Positions 1-12,940 of a DNA stretch of 64,000 nucleotides are shown piece after piece. Origin of the DNA: Ascidiella aspersa (lineage: Eukaryota); contig OZ004609.1 in assembly GCA_963924565.1 (NCBI GenBank), forward strand, positions 7,254,001 through 7,318,000, written 5' to 3'. Position 1 is the stretch's first letter. Every line of letters begins with the position of its first letter. Below the pieces are notes generated by a model. It saw nothing but the letters and a program-made list of their open reading frames with translations. It was not told where the DNA came from and searched no databases. A program made the position numbers and the translations under genes.

Positions 1-3000
1 CGAGCAAGAACAAATAAATCAAAGTTTACACAAAAAACTTTATTTCATATTAAAACTTAAAGAAGCTGACTGCATGGTTTGATAGTAATTCATTTTATAG
101 CATCCTAGATTTTAAACATACAAGCTAGGCTTATATTATAAAATATAAGCAATGAAATAGTAAAAACACTGGCCGGGTCATTAGAATGACTGCAGATACT
201 ACAGCCCAAAGTAAAGCCTTTAATGCCCAACCGTCAGGAATAAACTTTTACTTACTCCGCTTGAATGTTAGAAGCTGAAGGTATGTTGAGCTTTGAAACG
301 ACGGCTTCCAATTTTTTGCAAAAAATATTGCTGTTGCAGTAATCGAGTGACGGAGCACAGGCAAAGGTTGTCTGAGGAAAAGAAATCCCGTGTCCTACAA
401 GCAGATAAAAAAGAATTTTCAAAATCGTAAATATTGTTAACAGACCAGTACAATAAGACCTCTAATTTACAAAATGGAATCTATTGAGTTTGAGATAAAT
501 AAAAAAAAATATTTTTTTAGCACCAAAACAAAGATTCACGGGAATGTTTCCTAATAAACACTTCCGAAATGTATTTTTGCTTAACAAGGATAAATAATTT
601 ATCCTGTTTTAGTTGTGGACATTACGTCGGTAGGAAGTATGGTTCAAACAGATAAATTTACACACCCCCCCCTTTTTTTTTCACCGTTGCTAAACAGAGG
701 CCTTAACGCTGTTGGATGATATTTTTTCCGCTAATCATGACACTACTGGGCACCGACCAAAAAACACAACACAAGGCACCCGAAATAAATGCAACAGTTA
801 CCTTTAACTATTCCGGTGACATCGATGTCGTTAGTCAGACAAGCTGTCGTGCAAGAACTGCTGCTGTATGTGTCGTGCGCAAAGTTAATAGCGCCTGTGT
901 GGCAACGCAAATATTGGCCTTTCCTGGGCGTTTCGACCAAGTCGGGTCGCATGGTGCTGGCCACTGCTACACTGACCGTGGACGGGACGGTAGACATGGC
1001 GATGGACATAACTGTGGACAGGGCATTGGGCAGAACAGTTTCATTTCCCGAGCCGTAGTTTAGTTTGTAAACTTCCTTGGGCTTGTTGCAGCGGTATGTG
1101 GAGCAGCAGGTTGGCTGGCAGTTCCTGAAAGCAGTTAAGCGATTAGAAAAACTTGCCTCGATGTTAAATTTCACCAAGTACTTAAGTCGTTTTACTTCAC
1201 AAAAAATTTTCGGTCACAACATCAGCTGAAAGGGTCAAATAGTAGTTTTCCAAGTAATGCGAACTCAGTTTATGCCTTTTTATTGTATGAAAGCAACATG
1301 ACCATTTAAAGTACAGTTTGAGACGGTAAGAAAAGTCAATTTTGCCCTTAAAAACAGTAAACCTGCCCTAGTATATACGATTGGCCTATAGTTAAAACCT
1401 ATAGTTGAAATCAGTAATAATACCAAGCAACGATATATAGCTTCTACATGGAACGTTATACGTACCAGATTTCGAAAAGTTAAAGGCTTTTCGAGTATCA
1501 CTTTCCCGTAACACTTATACTTAATGCGACACTAGCAACTTTTTTGTGTTAGTAAAAATCATTCAAAAGTATATAATACTTAATTTTCACATTGCAAAAT
1601 AAAAAATCAACCCAAAAGTGGGTGCCAGTATATAAAGAAATGGACAACAATCAAGTAAACAAGCAATCTTCACGTTTATTTATTTACCTTATTTTAATAT
1701 CGTAACCTCTTACGGCGTTTTGGGCGATGTTGGTTACTCTTCTGCATGTTGCCAGTTTATCAACGCAGGAAAACCAATGGCTGGTGCAGCTAAAACTGGA
1801 CTGTAGGAAATTGATCGTCATACCTGAATTAAATATCGTCACGTCTAACTTTGCATTGCAATTTCATTAAATTATTTGATGCGAAGGGAAATTAAGTAGC
1901 AATCTTTTTTAAACAGTTGACAAAAAAAATATTTTTCACCGTTAAGGAAAGGCCTTTAGTATAAAAAAATAAGTTTTTTTTAAGTAGGGTTTTTTAGTTT
2001 CTTGAAAGTTACAACACTGCCTAACAAAAGGGGGTCTTCGAAAACATATTTTTATAGCTTAATTACCTTTTACTGTGGTGTACGCCATGTAATCGATTCT
2101 CATACATGAGGTTGTGCAAGTGGTGTCGGCGACACTATCAACAGCGTAGTTTTTTACCCCGGTCTGGCATGTAACAGCCATTGCGCAGGCAAGCATTGAA
2201 AACAGGCAGGCGAAGCTCAGCCATTTCTTCATCGTGCAACTTTTGATAGCAAGCTTAACGCTACCAGGAATGCAAATAAATTATTGAGCACTAAAAAGGC
2301 AAAAGATTCTTTATTTTAACCTTTGCCGCAGTTTCTAATGACTTAAAATGATGCGGCGTAACTTAGTTATACGTCGTTTGTTTACTCAGGTTAAATGTTT
2401 GTATTGCGAAATAAAAAAGCGAGTTTAATATTTGCCTCGATTCTGACTGTAACACAACAATAGAAGACAACCCTTCTGCGTGTTACGTTTTATGCGAAAA
2501 ATGTTGATGAAAAGCAAAAAATTAAGTGGATTTTCAGCCTGGGGCGTATAACGAAAGATTATTTCTGCCATTAGACGTGCTGCGGTGAGAGATCTCAATC
2601 GTATACGAATAGACAAAGCCTTGTCCCAAAACTCGTCAGTTCTTCGCCAAGACAAAGTTACGTCAATGCGCGTGACGCTAAAACGTCACGGTACTTTTTG
2701 AACTTTGCAATGGACGCAATTTCACCAAATCTGAGTTAAAGTTTTATTTTGCATACTTTTTCATACCCGGTTAATGATTTTTTAGTAAACACTGGTGTTT
2801 TGTGAAATATGGTCAGGTGTTTCGCAAAAAAAATTATCAATTTGACTTTTTTTTTATTAAACAATGGTAAAAATCACTGAAAAAAGCGACTTGTTTTATG
2901 AAATTAATTATCCACCATCACCAATGTGAATGCTCCGTAATTATTTTCTATATTTGTTGTTTGATATGATACAATTGTGATTGCCTGATTAGGCTACATT

Positions 3001-4630
3001 TCAATCCAAATATTAATTCATCTAAACAGGTCAAGATATAGCACTAAGAAAGACTGAATGTGAATAAAATGTCATTGTGTTGTATATGTATTTTTCTCTA
3101 TGCATCTAAATAGATTTTGCTTGGTGTTTGGCAAAATTAAGTTTAATGTGTAAACCATTTCGTGTCTCAAAATTGGTTAGAAAACTCTGCACTATGGAGC
3201 ACAGAAAACAATTGAGACGCGAAGCTAGCCTGTTGTCCAATCTCATCACCAAGTATTTTTGTAACGAGGAACCGAAATTGCCTCCGGTGCATAACGCCAC
3301 GTTCCTACTGTGACGTGCTTACTTACCTAAGTGAACGAGAAGCACATTTATAGCAAAGGAATTGCAAACCGGTCACGCTTTACAGAATTCAGAATGTTGC
3401 TCGTTAAATTGAACGAATCTAAAAAACACAAACAATGCTTTAAGCGTGTACAATTATTTTAAAAACAAATTAGGCAAAACTTGCATCACAAAATTGAACA
3501 AACGGCATTTATGCATATTATTTAAAGGTCAGTTGGCAAAACTCTTTGAAACATGAAACTTTTTGCAATTTAGGTATAGTGAATAATATCCATTCATTCA
3601 GTAGGCCAAATAAATGACTGCCAATTCAGTTCTTTTGAATATGACCAACCGCCTCTTTTTTTTTTTAAAAATAGGTCTTTGTAGTCAAGTGGTTTACCGA
3701 GAAAAAAACTGTCATTTGATAACATTGTTTAATCATAGGGGATCACCCATGTTTTTTTAAATAAAGCCTCATAAAATGCCTCTAAATTTAAAAAAAGTAT
3801 TCTATTTTTTGTGCACGAGGCTGTTAGCTGCCACCGTGAAGTGACAACAAGGTCACAATGGCTGCGCAAATATTCAAATTTAAGATTATTTTTGGGCATA
3901 ATGGTTAAAGGTTTCAGTTAGACGTATAAAAGGAATAGCATTTTGAACAATTGGAACATCTCTTTATTCATTTATTGAGATGTTCAAAATGCTATAAACT
4001 TTTATTTCAGCTTTGTGATTTATTTTATTGCGTGAAACGCGAACTAATGAAAGAGAGTATTAAAGTTTTTTTGCAAAAGATCAGCAAAACACACGAACCA
4101 GTAAATAAACAAAGCAGCTGTTTTCGATAAGGAGAAAAATTTTGATGAAAAGCAAAAAATTAAGTGGATTTTCAGCCTGGGGCGTATAACGATAGATTAT
4201 TTCTGCCATTAGACGTGCTGCGGTGAGAGATCTCAATCGTATACGAATAGACAAAGCCTTGTCCCAAAACTCGTCAGTCTGGTTTGCACATGGAATACGA
4301 CTAATTCGCGAACGACTTTAGTCGAACTAGAAACGTTAGAATAAAAAGTAAGTTTTAATTTCATGCGATGTTCACCTCAAGTCAACTACTTTAAATTTTC
4401 TTGGAAACATGTTTAAAACTTTTGTGTACACATTTTAACATGTTGACTCGAAAGCAAATTCACGTCACTTTTTGATGTGCGTTCATTTTTTTCATCAAAT
4501 TTTGATGTACTTTCATTTGTGAAATAACTTATGTCAAAGTCAAGGGTTTGAAAAAATAGCCAAGTCACCAGTAGCGCAACTTAAGTCATTATTAAGGCAA
4601 GTCATCTCCAAGTCAAATCACTAATATTGC
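1..4630. repeat. Segmental duplication unit (paralog A plus upstream region), homologous to ~16745-21925
   Basis: Colinear matches 1-470 to 16745-17215, exons of A to exons of B, and 3190-4630 to 20165-21925. A third partial copy lies at ~9720-10430. Confidence 0.85.
256..2232 (-). CDS. Two-domain Ly6/uPAR (three-finger)-like protein, paralog A; last exon lies beyond the left window edge
   Basis: GT-AG exons 2067-2232, 1688-1823, 802-1124 and 256-394 with compatible phases 1/2/1/2. Translation: MKKWLSFACLFSMLACAMA|VTCQTGVKNYAVDSVADTTCTTSCMRIDYMAYTTVKGMTINFLQSSFSCTSHWFSCVDKLATCRRVTNIAQNAVRGYDIKIRNCQPTCCSTYRCN, then an S/T-rich linker, then RCHTGAINF...CTTACLTND...FACAPSLDYCNSNIFC. Signal peptide and CCxxxxCN motif present; exon sizes match paralogs B and C. 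Confidence 0.85.
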
Positions 4631-7142
4631 AATATAACGATAAATTATTTGAATAAAACGATAACTATAGTGGTAAACAAGACCGATTATTATTATAACA
4701 GCAATCGGTCGACTAAAATTACCAAAAAAACAACATGTAATAACCAATTGGTTTCAAGCGAAAAACTTAAAACATATACAGCTCAATTTTGTGAAATAAT
4801 GTTGAGTAAAAACACTTATTTTTAACCCAAGTCATTCAAACCCATGACTGAATTCCAATTGTATTTTTTGTCCAAAGATTAATTCAAGTCCTTTTACCAG
4901 AACGACTTTAGTCATGTCATTTATTAATAGTGACTTAAGTGAACTTCAATCAAGTCATTGACTTCAGTCATTACAATTTTTTCTAATTTTCTTTTAAAGA
5001 GCGAAAACTTTACAATCGCTTGTGACATCAAAATTTTTTTTTTAATTAAAACCATCTTGTTATCCCTTGTTGCTGTGGTGTGTGACTTGCCACATGTGTA
5101 AAAACTAGACCTATAGATTCATTCGTAATTATTCTATGATGATCCATGATAGCGTGGGGACTTCTCTGGAGGTTTGAGACGCCTGGGTTGCTTCGATTCG
5201 CTCTTTGGATGTTGGCAACATCTTCTGGTACTTCAAGGGGCGCCGAGGAAACTTCAACTATCCTGCTCGCCTGATGGTCGGGACTTGGGAGGCAAAAGTT
5301 TCCCAGAGTTAGTTTGGGTGGTTTTTCACGTTGGCCTTCCTTCTTTTTGTTCGTTCTGCTGAACGCCTTATTCTCTTCCATATTTCTCTTCTTTTGTCCA
5401 GCTTTTGGCAGCTATGGCAAAAAAAAGGCCATTTATCTGGTTAAGGATAGTCCTATTTCTACTACTTGAATGGAGTTGTCTGTTGGATAAACCTCTATAT
5501 TTTTTATCACATTATTTGGTTTCCGCTGTTATGCTGGTTACTTAATAATTATTGGAAACAAGCCGAGTCATTGCTTATATTATGAGACGATAGATGTTTT
5601 ACGAGCGCTTTATTCCTATGCAAGCTGACGGCAACACCATATTATTCGCACTTTTCTGAGTGGAATTCTCGGCTATCCACTGAAGTTTAGAAATAAACAA
5701 GACAACTTGTATAAACACTGGAAAGTGGCAAAAAGAAAATCAAGCCATGAGAATTATATGTGTGGTTTGTTCTTATTTCGTACAATGCTGAACTAAATGC
5801 GCAAATTCAAATATTTTTTATTTAACTGGCGATTTTCAACTGGTTACTAAAACAAACATTTTCTCAATGTCGAAAATTGTAGATGTAATAATACTGTTTT
5901 CCACCTTAGATTTTCAATGTGCTTTGTATATCTTGTGTTTAGTCCTTGGCCACTTTATTCTGTTGTCTTTGTATCTGTATAAATTTTATGTTTAAAATCA
6001 TGTTAGAAAAACATACAAAAGCCCCCTTGCCTTAATAAGCTACATGATAGATACATATTTTTTTGTGCATTGAACGCTTAACAAAAACAAATCAGTTATG
6101 TTCTGTTAAATATCTCAGATGTTGGCTAACTTTGGTTGCAAATGCTTGCATTTTATCTAGGTCTTTATTAATTATGTGGGCCAACAAATTATTTTAGGGA
6201 CATATCTTGTTTTCCACGTATTATATTGGCTAAAAAATTGTTTTCGGGACATATTTGTTTTAGCCGGTTTGCTATTTCATGATCCGATTTTGTCCGGAGT
6301 TTATAAAAAAAGTATACATCGTAGAATTTTCAATTTTTCAGGTATGTCGTAGAGTGCTATGTAGGTGCATATGATAGGTTTATGAGTCCGCACTTCTTGG
6401 GGTTTTTGATTAGGGGGAAAATCTAAGATAATGTGACGTCATCGTTTTAGTTCTCTGTATTTAATGACTACCATCTAGCGGATTTAGAACGCCAGTACAG
6501 AATTCGTTCATATTTGCTTGCTTTGTTGAGTTTGCCAAGCAACGAAGCGACAAACACCATACTGCGCCTTTTATTGCTACTGGGGAAATAACTCGCGCGT
6601 GCGACTAGACTTTTAGAAAGAGGCTTCTCTTGGCAAAATAACTTATTGCTCTTACAGAACAACATATTTTACCGCTGCAAATTTAAATGCGAAATCTGGT
6701 GGTAACGTAGACCACTCTTTTAGCACCTGTGGTGCATGTTGCTCTAACCTAACATATCAACACCAGGCCTGCACAACCTAAAATTGTGCAAGGGCAGCAG
6801 AAAGAAAAGTGTTAATCTTGAATGTATTTTTACCGACGACATTACAAAGCTACGTAACATGCGTTTATTTGCTTTAATATGACAAAATTTTGGTGTCGTA
6901 TTGGGCACATGAAAGAGGTTTACATATTGCTCGCAAACAACAGATTTAAATTCAGTTTTAAAGGTGATTACATCGACCAAGGCATGGTTAAAAATACCGA
7001 ATAAAATCATTACTTTAAGAAACCTCAAATGACAAATACATAAACATGTTTATTCGTTGATGAAGACCTTCTGGATTCGTTCTTGCAAAAGATGTCGGCA
7101 CCCATATATTGTACACAAGATGCCTCGGAGACCGAAAATCAG

Positions 7143-8270
7143 TGACAACACAAATTTTTCATATTCTTGACAATGTAACCTTTCCATACTTCTAACAACA
7201 CAAAGTTGCCATAATTCTGACAACGTAACCTTGCCATATTCCTAACAACACAAAGTTGCCATAATTCTGACAACGTAACCTTGCCATATTCCTGAAAACA
7301 CAAAGTTGCCATATTCCTAACAACACAAAGTTGACATATTTCTGACAACGTAACCTTGCCATATCCCTTGCAACACAAAGTTGCCATATTCCTGACAACA
7401 CAAAGTTGCCATATTCCTGACAACGTAACCTTGCCATATTCCTGACAACACAAAGTTGCCATATTCCCGACAACACAAAGTTGCCATATTCCTGACAACG
7501 TAACCTTGCCATATTCCTAACAACACAAAGTTGCCATAATTCTGACAATGTAACCTTGCTATATCCCTTGCAACACAAAGTTACCATATTCCTGACAACA
7601 CAAAGTTGCCATATTCCTGACAACGTAACCTTGCCATATTCCTGACAACACAAAGTTGCCATATTCCTAACAACACAAAGTTGACATATTTCTGACTACG
7701 TAACCTTGCCATATCCCTTGCAACACAAAGTTGCCATATTCCTGACAACACAAAGTTGCCATATTCCTGACAACGTAACCTTGCCATATTCCTGACAACA
7801 CAAAGTTGCCATATTCCTAACAAAACAAAGTTGCTATATTCCTGAAAACACAAAGTTGTCATATTCCTAACAACACAAAGTTGACATATTTCTGACTACG
7901 TAACCTTGCCATATCCCTTGCAACACAAAGTTACCATATTCCTGACAACACAAATTTGCCATATTCCTGACAACGTAACCTTGCCATATTCCTGACAACA
8001 CAAAGTTGCCATATTCCTGACAACACAAAGTTGCCATATTCCTGACAACGGATGCTTGCCATATTGCTGACAATGCAACTTTACCATATTCCTGACAACA
8101 CAAAGTTGCCATATTCCTGACAACGTAATTTTGCCATATTCCTGACAACACAAAGTTGCCATATTCCTGTCAACACAAAGTTGCCATACTACTGACAACG
8201 AAAGCTTGCCATATTACTGAAAACGAAAGCTTGCCATATTCCTGACAACGCAACCTTACCATATTCCGAC
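7143..8270. repeat. 25-bp minisatellite, ~45 units, two main variants
   Basis: Units TTGCCATATTCCTGACAACACAAAG and TTGCCATATTCCTGACAACGTAACC, degenerate at both ends. Confidence 0.95.
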
Positions 8271-8714
8271 CGATAATCTCACAGTCATCGCAAAAACAAA
8301 CCGCAAGACTTTGAACCTCAGTAAGTAAAATTGCTTTGTTCGCATTTCGGTGTTAGGGAGCTTTGAGCTGTACCATTTCAATTATCCAGTCGATGATTTT
8401 GGGGTTAGATTTACTTCACTTGGCTTGATGATTGTTTGAAAAAGGCTTGAATTGCACCTACCGTACTTCGCACACAACTTGACTTGAAACAAGGTCATGA
8501 TCAAATGTGTTGTTTGGAACACTGCTTTAAGGTGGAATAATAAAAAGTGATCGTATTGTAGATGAAGTCAAAACTCAGGTGTCTCGCATAATAAGCACCA
8601 CGGCCTCAGTCGACCTGTGTTGGTTTACTCATAAAGATCACTAATTGCCTAAAAATATTCTTTTAATATCTGAGGCTATACTGTAATCCCTAAAGCAAGC
8701 CTGAACATTATGCT

Positions 8715-9490
8715 TAAAAAAAAACTTTTTTGACAAATTTCAGTGGGGACCCCATGGAAATGTTAGGTTGCGTTTAAAATCCCAACAAAACAAATCTGAG
8801 CACGTTTGGTTCAGTATTGCCCGTGCTACGTCAATTTGAAAATTCAGATTTAGGCTAAAAATTTGGAAAAAAGTAATTTGTCCTCCCCTAGATAATTTTT
8901 TTTTCTACTTTTTTGCTTTGCTTTGCAATTGGTATGAATAAATCTGTTTTACAGTTTAAAAGTAAGTGGTCATTGACATTGTATAAATGTTTCATTTTAA
9001 CAACATTTGTTAGGCTGTTTTATACAAAAAATGGCTTAAATATTTAAAATAAATTAATTGAATCACACAAGACATCAATTCAATAAAATAGTGCATTTGG
9101 TCTTCACACAATTATACCAATTACTTATCTAAAGTTCAAAAAAACGTGCTAAAAAGCCATTTTTCATACATAACAGCCTAACAAATGTTGTTGAAATGTG
9201 ACATTTGTACCACGACTACATACTTTTTTACTGTAAAACAGGTTTATTTATAGCTATTCAATTGCAAAGCAATGCAAAAAAAGTAGAAAAAAAATTATTT
9301 TAGGGGGGGAGGATAATTTATTTTTTTCCAAATTTTTAGCCTAAATCGGAATTTTTAAATTGACGTAGCACATTCACTACTGAACCAAACGTGCTCAGAT
9401 TTGTTTTGTGGGTTTTTTAGACGCAACCTAACAATTCTAGGGTATACCCACTTCAATTTGACAAAAAAGTGTTTTTTTGAACAACCCTAC
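8715..9490. mobile_element. Foldback / long-TIR non-autonomous element
   Basis: ~8715-9040 is the reverse complement of ~9150-9480 (e.g. AACAAATCTGAGCACGTTTGGTTCAGTA / TACTGAACCAAACGTGCTCAGATTTGTT), with a ~110-bp spacer. Confidence 0.8.
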
Positions 9491-10527
9491 TGAAAATTTC
9501 AACTTAGTGCTTTTCTGCAACAAGCAATATTAACTTCGCGGACCGCACACTGATTTTCATAATCAACGTCCATGATTTCGAGCGAACTAATTCGCAAATA
9601 TGCAGCTGAAATCCAAGCTATTCCCCCAAAGGGCGAAACAAATGTTTTTTTTGGTAAGCCCATTATTAAAAAAAACGTTACGCATTAAAATAAGACACTT
9701 AAAAGAGAATCGCATATATATATCGTTGTAATAAGCCGCCTGTTTTTTTAAAACGGGTCTTTGTAGTCCAGTGGTTCACCGAAAAAAATCTGTCATTTGG
9801 TAACATTGTTTAATCATAGGGAATCACCCATTTTTTTTAATAAAGCCTTATAAAATGCCTCGAAATTAAAAAAAAGTATTCTATTTTTTTGTGTATGAGG
9901 CAGTTAGCTGTGACCGTGAAGTGGCAACAAGATCAAAATGGCTGCGCAAATATTCAAATTTAAGATTATTTTCGGGCATAATGGTTAAAGGTTTCAGTTA
10001 GACGTATAAAAGGAATAGCATTTTGAACGATTCAACATCTCTTTATTTATTTATTTATTTATTGAGATGTTCAAAACGCTATAAACTTTTATTTTAGCTT
10101 TGTGATTTATTTCATTGCGTGAAACGCGAACTAATGGAAGAGAGTAGAAAGGTTGTTTTTGCAAAAGATCAGCAAAAAAAACGAACCTGTAAATGAACAA
10201 AGCAGCAGTTTGCGATAAGCAGAAAAACTTTGATGAAAAGCTAAAAATAAGTGGATTTTCACCCTGGGGCGTATAACGAAAGATTATTTCTGCCATAAGA
10301 CGCGCTGCGGTGAGAGATCTCAATCGTATACGAATAGATTACAACTTTTGTGCACCCATTTTAATTTGTTGACTGTAATTCTTCTTTGTGACACTTTTGG
10401 ATCTATTTTAATGTGTGTAATGTTGTATCGTCATGATTGATTTGTGAGTTGTGATAGGGTGCGAGCTGGAGCGAACTTTCGACGTAAAAGTGTGAAAAGA
10501 TGACTGGCAGTTTCAACAAAAATATCA

Positions 10528-10740
10528 ATGCGTTGCGTTTGGCCGATGTATGTCTGGTTGCAGTCGGTACACCACTTTGGTTTTGTGGAGTAGCGATGGT
10601 GCATCTTTTAGGTCAAACCAGGAGGCCAGCTTTGACGTTTCGTAACAAACCTCAGGTTAGCCTTGTCGTTTGTGCTTCGTTGAATAAAACGTTGGAGTTC
10701 TTGTCATATGTGCTGCAAAACAGGTCCGACAAATAGAAAT
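10528..10740 (-). mobile_element. Decayed Penelope-like retroelement fragment (GIY-YIG endonuclease region)
   Basis: With two frameshifts and a stop: LFVGPVLQHI*QELQRFIQRSTNDKANLRFV / TSKLASWFDLKDAPSLLHKTKVVY / DCNQTYIGQTQR. The KD...VVY...C...YIGQTxR signature is typical of Penelope endonucleases. Confidence 0.7.
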
Positions 10741-10847
10741 TTCATTACGCTAAAGCGCACATCTGCAACCGGCGTAATTCCGAACCCTTTTTATGGTGGC
10801 AATTATTAAGGAATTGCAAAATAGCACGGTCTACGAATGTACTAGGA

Positions 10848-11623
10848 CAGGGGCGTGCAACCTGCGGCCCGCGGGCCAAATGCTTTCGATTAGCTATACT
10901 TATGGCCATGTAAAGAAAGCTTAATAAAAATGTGTGTTTGATCTTTTTCGCTCATTTGAAATGTAATTGTTTTATATTCAATTTCAATGTTCATGTGAGT
11001 TGTAACAAAAAGAAAAAAAATTATCTGCGCAGCGCAGCTAAAAAGTAGTTTTTACCGCGAACATCTCGATCTAAATAAGTTTGCACAGCTGAGAAAATTA
11101 GTCGCTTTTAAGGTGGCATTGTCCGGTTCAACGTACGTGTGCGAGCAATTTTTTTTGTTGTAGTCACTTACACAGTGGTAGGCCAACTGTGGACCACGAT
11201 TTATTTTTGAATAGCTTGGTGTTGTCATGTACCGTATGGTTGTTGGCCGCATGATAGCCGTACATTCATTGGACTTTATTTTAACAATTGGTGTGGCATA
11301 TAATGTTTCAAATTGGCTCAGCTTGGAAAGACCCACGTGCCAAATGTGGTCTTGTGAGCGTGTAAAACTATAGTTTTTGCCAACTTTAACTCTAGGTATA
11401 CGCAAATTTTTCGCGCTTCGCGCGTATATGTACAATATTTCACCTTAAAACCAAATATCCTCTGAATCCGCCACTGTTTTCGTAGTAGTTTTACGTAGTG
11501 GGCCTTCAAGTAGCTCTGAAAAGACTACTTTGGGCCGCAACAAAACATTTGTCGACCACTGCCATAACAGGTAGAAGACGAGATATGCAAGTGGCCCGTG
11601 GGATGAAAGGTTGCACGCCCCTG
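10848..11623. mobile_element. hAT-type MITE with a nested second MITE (11173-11561)
   Basis: Perfect 16-bp TIR CAGGGGCGTGCAACCT / AGGTTGCACGCCCCTG and 8-bp TSD TACTAGGA (10840-10847, 11624-11631). The inner element CAGTGGTAGGCCAA...TGTCGACCACTG is homologous to 14345-14815. Confidence 0.88.
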
Positions 11624-12817
11624 TACTAGGATATCCTCTTTATTGTGGAAAACACAGCGTGCGTGATATTGTATGAACTGGCGATGTTATACGCCTTGGT
11701 TAAAAGAGCGTTAGCTCAATTCCGTTTGTACGTAAAGGGAATAAAACTGGACCAGTTGGCGTAAGTACCCGAGTGAGTCAGTTTACGAAAAACTTTGGTA
11801 AGTAAACCTTGACTACCGCGCTATAAAAGTACATCCCAAGTTTTGATATTTTAATTGGAATTACTAAAAAAACCCATACTGTGTTCCAAAATAACTGGCA
11901 GATTTGTCACAAATTATACGCAAATGGCACGTTGCAATGTCACGCAAAGGTGAAATTGTTAAAGTCTACGGTCAAACCGAAAAACTTTGATTTGTTTTTC
12001 TCGCGATTTGACCGTTCTGTTTTAGTAAAAATAGACTTGGTTGAGTGACGCAATTGCTCTACCTGGTTGCCGTTTGGCAACCGACATCCAAACAAATAAA
12101 GTGGACTATGCGTCAGGTAAAACTAAGCGTAGCAAGGTTGGAGTATTTACGTAAATCACGATGTCGTCATTATTACAATGAAGCTTTCAGTGCCTGCTAA
12201 ATGATGTAAACTTGTCTGAGGTATAAGTTGCTTTGGCGCGGTTAAAAATAGATAAGTCATTTTTATCGAGAACCATACAAGCAAATAACAAATGGCAACG
12301 TATATCTAATATCAACACGACAAAACTAGGTTGTGCAGCAAATGAACAGGTTTAACTCGTTCGCTTTCAGTTCGCTTTTAGCCAAGAAAAGACACATCTT
12401 ACTGAACCGAACCAATGCAACGAATCTATTAGTCTTTTTGAGGGAGATTAATTAATATTATTTAAAAAAAAATCGAAATGGCATAAATTGACGCTGTAAA
12501 ATACAAGTCGTGATGTCATGCGGGAGTGGATCGATTTTTTGACACGTTCGGTTTCATTTCAGGATTTTAACTCATTCGGTTACGGTTCGGAAAGAATTGA
12601 CCCAAAAGTGGTTCAAAAAGTTCTGGTTAGGGCCCGGTTCTACACCCTAAAGAAAACTAACATAATATAATTGAAACAACTGAAATGGTCTAAAATTGAT
12701 TCTAATCTAATTTTAAAGCGGTAAAATAAATCTAATTGCCCAATTGTGTACTCGACCATCTAAGAGGCCGCTGTATTACATCCGGACTTGGCGTTCAGCG
12801 TTCTACTGCTTTGTGTT

Positions 12818-12940
12818 GTTGCTGTGACTGTGGCTGTGGCTGTGGCTGTGGCTGTGGCTATTGCTGTTGCTGTTGCTGTTGCTGTTGATGTGGCTGTGGC
12901 TGTGGCTGTGGCTGTGCCGGTGACTGTGACTGTGGCTGTA
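12818..12940. repeat. Hexanucleotide microsatellite (GCTGTG/GCTGTT)n
   Basis: About 20 tandem hexamers, directly visible. Confidence 0.95.

Noticed and set aside
716-1063. Plus-strand ORFs over paralog A exon 3
   Set aside because: Antisense to a spliced exon conserved in three paralogs.
5046-5381. 111-aa minus-strand ORF in a GC-richer island
   Set aside because: No recognisable motif or splice context; possibly a decayed mobile-element fragment.
7139-8198. Six overlapping Cys-rich ORFs and a CRISPR-like appearance
   Set aside because: Products of a 25-bp tandem repeat. The variable part is only 6 nt with two recurring states, there are no unique spacers or cas genes, and the context is eukaryotic.
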